DNA of 64,000 nucleotides, from assembly GCA_012295275.1 (NCBI GenBank), contig CM022665.1, positions 30,566,001 through 30,630,000 on the forward strand, in the 5' to 3' direction. Source of the DNA: Chrysomallon squamiferum (lineage: Eukaryota; Animalia; Mollusca). Of the stretch, positions 55,401 to 64,000 are shown piece after piece (within the stretch, counting starts at the first letter, position 1; each line of letters opens with the position of its first letter). The position numbers and the translations under genes are program-made. The notes below the pieces were generated by a model that saw only the letters and a list, made by a program, of their open reading frames with translations, did not search any database and had not been told where the DNA came from.

Positions 55401-58400
55401 TTTGACGTCTTTGAAAATAAAACAAAATTTACTTTTATGAAATAGTAAATACATGCAAAATTAATTCATATTGATATTTCCCATTCCAACTCTAGTTCCA
55501 TGCTTGCTGAGGTAAATGTCTTGGTAAATCTTTGACGTGAAGCATATTGCAAAAACAGAACCTCTTTCCTGATCATTAAGAGCAGCTCTTGAATGGTAGA
55601 AGCAGGTTTCCTCTCATAGAAGTCATCACTGCAAAATGTTAACAAAATTTTAGATTTTAAAATTTATTTATTCCTTTGATAATGCGGTAACATTTAAAAT
55701 CTTAAATTAAATAACAGTATCTGAGATAATGTTTGTTAAAATAAATTATTAAATGTTTATTTTCAGGTTTGTGGACAGAAGCAACATCAAGTGGATTTTA
55801 TGTTGATCTCACCCCACCCTCTGTATCCACCAAACCCTTTCTGTCAGAGGATATAAACTCCATGATCCGATGGACAACTGTGTCCAGAACAAACATCAAG
55901 ATAAAGTGGAAGTTCACAGATTCTGAGTCGTACATAGAAAGACATTTTATTTCTCTTTCTTCTCACTATCTGGGAGAATTTCAATCAAATTCTGTTCAGG
56001 TTGGTCAGTTAACGAAAATATTTTTTATTTTTTATTTACAAAAATAATTATAATTTAAAAAAACCACATTCTTTTCTTCAAGTATTATAAAAAGGTAACA
56101 ACATTCTGTGTTAGATCTGTATTAATTTACAATACTTTTAGTTTTAAAATAAAAACTTTGACTTTGCCCTTGAGATTTTGAGCATAATTTATAGACTTCA
56201 GAGTTACAATTGTTGATTATTTTATTACTAACTATTATGAAATTAAGTTCATTATGCTAATAATTTTTTTTAGGTTCCTGGAATTTTACAAGAGTTTATC
56301 TTCACTAAACTAGATCTCCATGACGGCAGTCTGTATGATGTGAAGGTAGTTGCCTGTAACTTGGCTGGTTTGTGTGCTGTTGCCAAGACAACCAAGTTTT
56401 TATTTGACAGCTCACCACCCACAACTGGTATCGTTATGTTTTTATTTACAGTTTTATTTAAAAGTAAAAATGAAGACTTGCATATATAAATAACTTTTGC
56501 AAAAATATAATTTTAAATGATAACAATTATTCTCCTATTTATTTTAAGTTAAGTAATTATTTTAAATTATTTTGCTTTTATATGAAATTAAAACTATACA
56601 TATGTGGATGTTTTTGTATTGTTGTCAGTTAAATATTTAAAATGAAAATAATAGGTTTGATAAAATATGCTGTCTAAAGACATATCTTTCTTCTTACTGA
56701 TGTGATGATTACTGAGAGAAATGTGTTGTAAAACTTAGGAATGTTTGCTGTGAAAACTGAGCATGCTGCTCGTCTGACAAGACACCAGTCTGAGTGGATG
56801 ACGTGGGAAGTGGACAGACTGAACTTGGCCTGGCTCGGTTTTTCTGATCTTCACTCACAAATAGATCATTACATCGTCAGTGTGGGAACATCTCCATTCG
56901 GAACAGATCTCAATCAGGTTTCATGACTGTATTAAAAATAAAAATTCTGTCCATGTTGAATATTTCAAAAAATGTTTCATGATGCTTCTTCTGAAAAATC
57001 AGATATGGTGGATTCTGTTACCAGAGTGAATTGACTAGAATTTAAAAAAAAAAAGTAAAACCAAACTGAAAATTATAATTCTATTTATGATTTGTAGTAA
57101 TCCACTGACCCATAATGTTAGATACAGAAACATTTTACTGCTTTGATATGTTGTATTTTTGACAATTAAGAATTGTTAGCTAATAATAAATTTAGAACAC
57201 ATAATAAATGTGGTTAATGTTGTTTACTAACAGAACGGCCAGCCAGTGAGAGTATCACACACAACAACAGGGTCTGACAAGAAAGATGAAGGATTTGTTC
57301 AGCTGTACACTGTCCTCACTAAAAACATCAGTACAAGATCCTCACTTTTTCTTGCAGTCTGGGCTGTTAATAAGGTACTAATCTGTAAATATCTCTTATA
57401 CATGTAACCTGTATGCAATTATAACATGTACCTCACTAAAAACATCAGTACAAGATCCTCACTTTTCCTTGCAGTCTGGGCTGTTAATAAGGTACTAATA
57501 ACATGTAACTAATCTGTAGATAACTGTTATAGATGTAACCTGTATAGCATTATAACATGTACCTCACTAAAAACATCAGTACAAGATCCTCACTTTTCCT
57601 TGCAGTCTGGGCTGTTAATAAGGTACTAATCTGTAAATAACTGTTATACATGTAACCTGCATAGAATTATAACATGTAACTAATCTGTATATAATTCTTA
57701 TACATGTAACCTGTATATAATTATAACATGTAGAATATGTATATAAGTGTTATACATGTAACTGATTTGTATATAACTCTTATACATGTAATATGTATAG
57801 AATTATAATGCAACTAATCTGTATATAACTCTTATATATGTAACCTACATGTAAGTATAATGTAACTGATCTGTATATAATTCTTATATATGTAACCTGT
57901 ATAGAATTATATAACAGAATCTGTATGTAATCATTAATTCTTATATAATTATATCTCTTATATATGTAGCCTGTATATAATTTTAACAATAATCTGTTTA
58001 TAACTTTTTTACATGTAACCTGTATATAATTATCACTTGTAACATCAGTCTGTATATAACTGTTATAGATGTAACCTGTATATAATTATAACTGTTATAC
58101 ATGTAACTTGTATATAATTATAAGTAATTATAAAAGTTATTTATTTGTATATATTCATAACTCTTACCTGTAATCTATATATAACTACCATATTTATCTG
58201 TAATAATATATATAATTATAAAATGTATCTTTTGTCTTACTTGTTTTAATTTTTACCTGTAATCTGTTTCATTATAATATTTTTTCATTTCTTATCTCAT
58301 CCTAATAAATGTTTCATTATAATATTTTTTCATTTCTTATCTCATCCTAATAAATGTTTCATTATACATTTTTTTATCTTTTTGTGTTAACTGCTGTCAT

Positions 58401-61400
58401 AAGAATTATTTTTTGCTTACCAGTAATCTGTATACAATATTTCTATACCTAATCTATTTTTTTATTTTTTTTATGTTAATTTTTGTTGTTGATATTGTTT
58501 TATTAATATTAAATATTATGATCACTTAATATTTATATATATATATATTACATATATTTGAGAAAATGTTTATGTGGCTTTAACAAAAATAACAATTTCA
58601 TGTTAAGGTTGGTTTGCAGTCAAATGCTCTGCACAGTGAAGTGACACTTGCAAATGGAGGATCACTGGAACTTGTCAGACGCTGTAAAGTGTTCAGTTGT
58701 GTGGGTCACTGTGTGTGTGGCAGTCAGGACAAAACTTGTGACATTGCCAGGAAATGTTCCAGTGGTAGGATACCCTTATTTACATAATTATAGCACAAAC
58801 ATTTATATTTTCTGTTAATATGAACTCACTGGCAACACAGATATAAAAGAACATTCTGCAATAATCAGAAGTATGTAATTTTAGTATTAGTCTGAGCTTG
58901 TTTGTTTGGAGAATCAGTCTTCCTCACAACGTATCTCATGTTATTTCCTTCTATAGCCTCTGGCTTACTTATTTATCTTACAGACCAGTGATAGTAGTGC
59001 CTCATAGTGACAGTACAAAAATGTATGGTGATGGTAAAAACTATGTCTGTAACTCTAATGCCTGTAACTACACTACATAATTTAACAATTATAAAATTCA
59101 ACCGAAAGGCTCAGATCTTAAAAATTATTTGAAATGCCATGAAAAATAAAATATTAACTTAATTAAGCACCACTAATATAGACCAGAATTTTGATTTGGT
59201 ATACATGGTAACAGGACCAGTGTTTTGATTAGCACAGATGATTTGATTTGGTAAACTTGATAAAATGGTCTAATTTGCAGACATTCTGATCCAAAACAAT
59301 TGTCTTTATTACTTAAAGATAAAAGATAGAATTTTATAATGTAATATTAATAATATAAATTTCAGGTGATGGAAGCACAGAAATACTTGTCAAGGATGTA
59401 ACTGATCTCCATTTTAAAACAGAAGATAAAGATGAACAGTTCACATCCAGCAGTTCTCATGTAGCAGCAACATGGCAAATACAGAAAGGTGGACCAGTGA
59501 AAAGGTGCATTATATTTTTTATTTTATTTTTGTGGTAAAGTAGACTGTGATAAAATTGTGAAACCATTTGAATCAAGAAAAGTAATTCATTTACTTCTGA
59601 TTTTAGCTTTACAGAGCAAAAAGTATCAGTGATGAAATACTTTAAACTGGTAAAATAATATAATTTTTATTTATAATTTCACATAAAAAAAAATTGAGTT
59701 TTTCAGTGAATGTCAGCCATTTTTGTTTTATAATCACTGCCAAAATAGATATATTATTACTTGCTTGTATTCTGTGAGGTTTTTTTTAAACAACATATTT
59801 GTTAAGTTAACAAGATGACTGAAACAGTTACATATTTAATTGTTGTTTTCTCAGGTATGAAGTAAGTGTTGGTTACAGTGACAAAGATTTACCAGAAGGT
59901 GTTTACAATCAGCAGAGAGATCAGATCTGGTTTCATGTTGGATTGGCCACATCAGCTGTGATCACAATACCAAGAGGTTTAATTTTCTTTATTATTTAGT
60001 GATATTGATAACAAACAAAACTTTCACATCTTTTCATTATTTAGTGATGTTGATAACAGACAGAAGTTTAGTTTTCTTCATTATTTAGTGACATTGATAA
60101 TAGACGAAAGTTTAGTTTTCTTCATTATTTAGTGACGTTGATAACAGACAGAAGTTTAGTTTTCTTCATTATTTAGTGACATTGATAACAGACTGAAGTT
60201 TAGTTTTCTTCATTATTTAGTGATGTTGATAACAAAAAGAAGATTCTCATCTTTACTGCATGAAAACTCATGTTCAAAATCTGATGTTTGGTTGTTTTTA
60301 TCTTTTTACCAGTGAAAAAGTGCTACTAAAATAAAAAAAATAAATAGGCCTATATGCCATTATTGTAATAATGGAAATAAAATTATTCATTTAAGAATAC
60401 TTCTTTGCATTTTTCTTTTTTCAATTTTATAATATAAATATATTTTTTTTATAATTTATATTTCTTAAAGAGTTGAATATCATTTATTTTAAGAGAAATT
60501 ATATTAAGGTTTTTGATGTAAACTGAAAGTTCTTGAATTTTTCTTATACAAAGCATGATTATTATTAATTTATAGTTATTTAAACATTTTATTTGTTTTT
60601 CTGTTGTTTAGATAAACAGCTGAGTGAAAACATAAAATACTCCGTTTTTGTTCGTGCGTGGTACAGTTCTCAAGTGTTTGATGTTTTCAAGTCAGATGGA
60701 GTAGCTGTGATTGTCAAAGCAGTGGGAATATCAAACCAAGTTGGCAGAGCAGTAAGTTTACTGTTTTAACAATATCTTCTACTTTGTGTTTGAAGTGAGA
60801 AACACAATGTATCTGTTTTAGAAAGAAAGAAATTCATTTATTTAAATTTATTATTTTAAAATAATAAGAACAGAAATATTTTTAAAAAGCTTTTCCATAG
60901 ATCATTAAAATTATGGAATTAAAAAAACTGATATGTAAAAATAAAAAGCATTATAACTTTATGAAATATAAAATTCACATTTTATTCATTGTTAATAATA
61001 TTAAATCTGTTTTAATAAAATAATATATTATATTTTTTTAGGTTAAAGAACATTCAAGTAATGGACAGATGAAAGACACAGATTTCATAAATAACAACCA
61101 AGAAGTTTATGTGAGCTGGAAAGACAATTTTAAACCTGGTTTGTTTGGTCTCACAAAGTATGGAGTGTATATCAGCACTTACCCAGGAGGTAAATGTTTT
61201 TGTTAATGTTAAATTTGTTATTTTTTAAATATAATTACATCTGTATCAGCACTTACACAGGAGGTAAATGTTTTTGTTAATGTTAAATTTGTTATTTTTT
61301 AATAATATTAATGTTAAATTTGTTATTTTTTTAATAATATTACATCTGTATGAGTGCATACCCTGGAGGTAAATGTTTTTGTTAATGTTAAATTTATTAT

Positions 61401-64000
61401 TTTTTAAATATAATTACATCTGTATCATCACTTACACAGGAGGTAAATGGTTTTTTTAATGTTAAATTTGTTATTTTTTAAATATAATTACATCTGTATG
61501 AGTGCATACCCTGGAGGTAAATGGTTTTGTTAATGTTAATATTTATTATTTTTTTAACATAAATGAATTTCAGGAAACACCAAGTAGAAAATTTCTTGCA
61601 GTGAAACAGAAAAGTGATGATCCATTATTTTGATATTTTGGTATTTTTAACACAGAAAAATCTTGTGAAATTTTAGACACTGCTTGAGGAACATTTGGAT
61701 TTTTATACACAGCTTGAGAGATATTTTGAGATTTTAGTTTGAACTACAGAAATATGGTTATGATTTAGATATGGAGACATTTCTGAAGTTTTATTAAAGA
61801 ACTAAAGAAATATTTTAGTCATACCAGAGAAATATTTGGTGTTTTAAACACAGCTAGTAAAATATTTGAGAAAAAGAAAATATTTTGTTATGTCTTGTAG
61901 GTCACAATGTTCATGAACATCACAGTGCATCGACAACTGACTCTGCTTGGTACAAAGTGACAGGAATTTCTCTCAAGTCAGAACAGATTTATTACTCCAA
62001 TGTTTTAGCATACAACATGGCTGGTCTCCTGACCTGGGACTCTTCTGATGGCTTCTTTGTGGACAAAACACCACCATTTTCAGGCATTGTCAATGATGGA
62101 AGAGGTAAAATATCAAATAAAAAATAGACAAGAGATTCCATATCTACATTTCTTTTTTACACAAAACTGCTGATGATTGGAGTCAAAAAGATAGAATGTT
62201 ATAATGAAAAATTTCAACCCAAAGCTAAACTTGAAGATATACTGGTTAAGAACATTTTTCAAATTTTAACTTCACATTTTGTTTTAATTTAAATTACAGG
62301 TCTTGATGATGCAGATTTTCAGTCTGATCCTAAAGATCTGTCAGCTTCGTGGCATGGATTCTCTGACACTGGATATGGTATTGTCAGCTACACTTGGTGT
62401 GTTGGTGATACCATGGCAACCACTGAGTGTACCATCCATAAACCAGTCAATGTTGGACTGCACACGAGTACCACCAAGACATTACAGACAGCTATGTCCA
62501 ATGGTTTGTTTGGTTTTTCCCAGAATAAACATAAAAGCTAATAATCATGTAATTCTGAAATTTAACTTCTTTTTCATATGTTAATTGTTTAAATGTGTTA
62601 ATATTTCTGTTTCATTTATCTCGGTGTAAATACCAAAACAGTGAATTAACTACAGTAAATTTACAGACATATATTTCATTATAGACTTTCAGTTAAATTT
62701 TTAAATAAATAAATTACTTTATATTTTACCTAAAGATGTTTTATCTTTTTATTTTAAGGAAAGAAAATATTCCACAAAGTATTTTCATTTGATGTTTTTG
62801 GACACAAGTCATCTGTCAGTGTGTCTGATGGTGTAACGGTTGACTCCACCCCACCCCAGTCTGTCAGTGTGGCTTACTTGGGAGATAATCTGTTTAATAA
62901 TCCATCTTTTGAAAGTTACAGTCAGACTGGAAACTGTAACAGCAATGTCCCAGCATCATGGCAGACTGATTCCTGTGTGCAGTTTGTCTCAGAAACATCA
63001 TCAGTTGCTCATCATGGAAAGAGTCACGTGGTTGTCAGTGGCAACATCTGGCAGACAGTTTCAACTGTACAAGACAAACTGTACAAACTGACAGTTCACT
63101 TTGGATACCCACACAACATTTCAGACAAACACACAACAACCGAGGGTTACATCCAGTTTGGAGATGACAAAATTTATTTTGATTTGGATCCACATCTTTG
63201 TAAAGGTCTTTGTGATGTTGGAGAACAAAAAACAATTCTCTGGCACAAGTTTACATACACCTTCACTGCAAAACATCCTTCCACAAAAATATCTTTTGGA
63301 ACATCTTCAAAGGAAGCTGAACTAGCTGTGGATTCAGTCTCACTTAATTCAGTGGATTACATAAAACAGTCAAAAACACAAGATGAGAACATCTCAGTAA
63401 CAAGTCTGTTTCTGCCTCACTGGACTTCTCTTCATGTTGTCTGGTATTTTCAAGATGAACAGTCTCCTATCGCTGATTACAAATGGGCAATAGGTGAGTT
63501 AAACAAGTAACAGAATAATGTTGATTTATCAGATTAGTGGAAAACACTTTCGGACACAACATATTAGAGTGATTTGCAATATTTGTAATTAATTGTGATT
63601 TTGTGATTTTGATAACAGAACTTTATGATCATACTTGTACATTATATACCTGTTTGTTTCCTATTATACAGTGCACTGATGCTTTATATGTTATATAACT
63701 TGTGTTTAGCTATTATAAAGGTTCATTATGAATTCTTCATATATGCTCATTTGCAAAATTAGAAGATAATATGTTATATGTTGTATAGTTTTGTTTTTCT
63801 TGGAGATTTATTGTTTCTTTACAATGGAACAATTTATATTAAATAACTGTTTAGGTTCTGTGCCTGGTGGAACTCAGGTTAAAGGATTTCAAAGAGTAGG
63901 ACAGCAGACTCATGGTTTTACATCAGGACTGAAGTTGACACACAACACAGACATCTACATCACTGTGGTCGCCACCAATGCTGCAGGACTGAGCAGTGTG
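19061..64000 (+). CDS. Gene C: giant uncharacterised secreted or cell-surface protein (about 3000 aa here, 3' incomplete): signal peptide, EMI-like/EGF Cys-rich head, FN3/Ig-like repeat stalk, CBM-like domain
   Basis: In-frame exons 19061-19143, 20208-20273, 20529-20608, 21559-21675, 22904-23044, 23470-23586, 24209-24448, 24950-25094, 25308-25518, 25825-25968, then approximately 26285-26636, 27228-27535, 27848-27974, 28228-28464, 28735-28944, 29485-29756, 30200-30353, 30781-31002, 31351-31501, 32237-32520, 32882-33079, 33491-33626, 33879-33913, 34295-34436, 34819-35046, 35262-35429, 35554-35725, 36243-36496, 17 exons in 38253-49053 (repeated at 50242-61189), 61901-62104, 62300-62503, 62759-63493, 63855-64000. 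N-terminus MEAVKKSLSFFFYFFFLVYRTKA. Recurrent motifs SDG..VDxTPP, WxGFxDxESG and GT.PG..DV. Confidence 0.88.
20208..23586 (+). CDS. Cys-rich head of gene C (EMI-like segment followed by furin-like/EGF-like repeats)
   Basis: VCNDPVLGC...ACAAGWLESGDGVNCGIPKCDCNRMFSDSGGICYEPYVCENCEQGFF...CVCASGFTGVHCE. C.C..GF.G..C is an EGF end motif, and C..GW......C..P.C resembles the EMI-EGF junction of Draper/MEGF-type proteins (motif resemblance only). Confidence 0.6.
20855..21200. repeat. Degenerate (CTA/TTA)n trinucleotide low-complexity tract
   Basis: ACTACTATTACT-type tract. Similar tracts at ~11716-11970 and ~15528-15740 generate spurious Val-, Ser- or Thr-rich ORFs. Confidence 0.85.
23740..23815. 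repeat. (GA)n microsatellite
   Basis: Perfect GA run. CA/GT runs also at ~18696-18728, ~27080-27119 and ~27753-27799. Confidence 0.95.
34053..34340 (+). repeat. Degenerate duplications of an acceptor + exon start
   Basis: AAATGTGTTGATTGTGTCACTAAG(G)TTGATGA occurs about 4 times. 34117-34160 copies the first ~45 nt of the exon at ~34295. Confidence 0.8.
34495..34690 (+). mobile_element. Degraded interspersed repeat (SINE-like), with a probable inverted copy at ~43392-43535 (and ~55474-55618)
   Basis: GC-richer intronic blocks. GAGAAAACCCACTG...GCACTGGGTGAAACAGGAAATCA corresponds loosely to the reverse complement of TATTTCCCATTCCAAC...GCAGGTTTCCTCTC. It resembles, from memory, an abundant gastropod repeat; not verified by search. 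Confidence 0.35.
36890..38252 (+). repeat. 30-bp minisatellite (about 45 units) made of the splice acceptor and first bases of exon 38253
   Basis: Unit TRTTGTTATTTTACAGATAAAGAGTRTGTG with occasional 28-bp units. The last unit runs directly into exon ATAAGGAGTATGTAAAT (DKEYVN). Confidence 0.97.
39485..39990 (+). repeat. ~25-bp intronic minisatellite (copy at ~51480-51985)
   Basis: Repeated ATATAACAAGTTGTTATGTTTAAT, ending in the acceptor tract of the exon at 40000. Confidence 0.85.
42695..43080 (+). repeat. ~90-bp intronic tandem repeat carrying a TACTAAT branch-point-like motif (cleaner in copy 2, ~54690-55160)
   Basis: Unit ...AGTATTACTAATGTACAGGACAGTGTCATATTTCAAATCACAACTAACTACTACATATTT... 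The last unit runs into the acceptor at ~43093. Confidence 0.85.
45230..46100 (+). repeat. Triplicated exon end + donor, followed by a degenerate TGTAACCTGTATATAATT repeat (copy at ~57310-58180)
   Basis: CCTCACTAAAAACATCAGTACAAGATCCTCACTTTTCCTTGCAGTCTGGGCTGTTAATAAG|GTACTAAT at ~45231, ~45347 and ~45478. Confidence 0.9.
47853..48105 (+). repeat. ~41-bp tandem repeat directly after a donor site (copy at ~59978-60235)
   Basis: TTTTCTTCATTATTTAGTGAYRTTGATAACAGACAGAAGTTTAG, about 5 units. Confidence 0.85.
49030..49468 (+). repeat. ~75-bp tandem repeat of exon end + donor (copy at ~61167-61560)
   Basis: TATCAGCACTTACMCAGGAG|GTAAATGTTTTTGTTAATGTTAAATTTGTTATTTTTTAAATATAATTACATCTG, about 6 units in copy 1 and about 5 in copy 2. 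Confidence 0.9.
49469..49668. other. Assembly gap (200 N)
   Basis: Run of exactly 200 N, a fixed-size scaffolding gap. Confidence 0.99.
49669..50241 (+). repeat. Partial, error-rich copy of the 30-bp acceptor minisatellite
   Basis: Same unit with many indels directly after the gap. Confidence 0.93.
49669..61566 (+). repeat. Copy 2 of the duplicated segment (starts inside the 30-bp array and continues into unique gene C sequence)
   Basis: Same exons and introns as copy 1 at an offset of about 12.0-12.1 kb. Its own frameshifts are +A ~50405 and +T ~55232. Confidence 0.92.
62881..63350 (+). CDS. Galactose-binding-like / CBM (CBM4_9 or DUF642-like) domain within gene C
   Basis: GDNLFNNPSFE...SW...IWQTVSTVQDKLYKLTVHF...WHKFTYTFTA....TKISF...VDSVSL fits the NL..NG.FE...Q......Y.L.F...W..Y...FTA...D.V.L pattern of this jelly-roll family. 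Confidence 0.65.

Overview
AT-rich, intron-rich animal genomic DNA. A mollusc or other lophotrochozoan is inferred from the repeat style and protein family but is not proven. Hand splicing supports three genes. Gene A is on the minus strand (ATG 7810, running off the left edge) and encodes signal peptide + PLAT/LH2 domain + Cys-rich/EGF-like region. Gene B is a 5-coding-exon minus-strand gene (16070->12347, about 536 aa) of no family I recognise. Gene C is a giant plus-strand gene (ATG 19061, about 49 exons, about 3000 aa and still open at 64000): signal peptide + EMI-like Cys head + Cys-rich/EGF region + many FN3/Ig-like 'DxTPP...W.GF.D.ESG' repeats + a CBM/galactose-binding-like domain. A and C are divergently oriented paralogs with four consecutive exons of identical length and phase but different N-terminal heads. 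Many introns in the 3' part of C contain tandem repeats built from the gene's own splice junctions, the largest being about 45 copies of a 30-bp splice acceptor. This part of C is also strongly CpG-depleted. About 12 kb of C appears twice, on either side of a 200-N gap, most likely as a false (haplotig/contig-overlap) duplication. Exon boundaries were read by eye, and no database searches were run.
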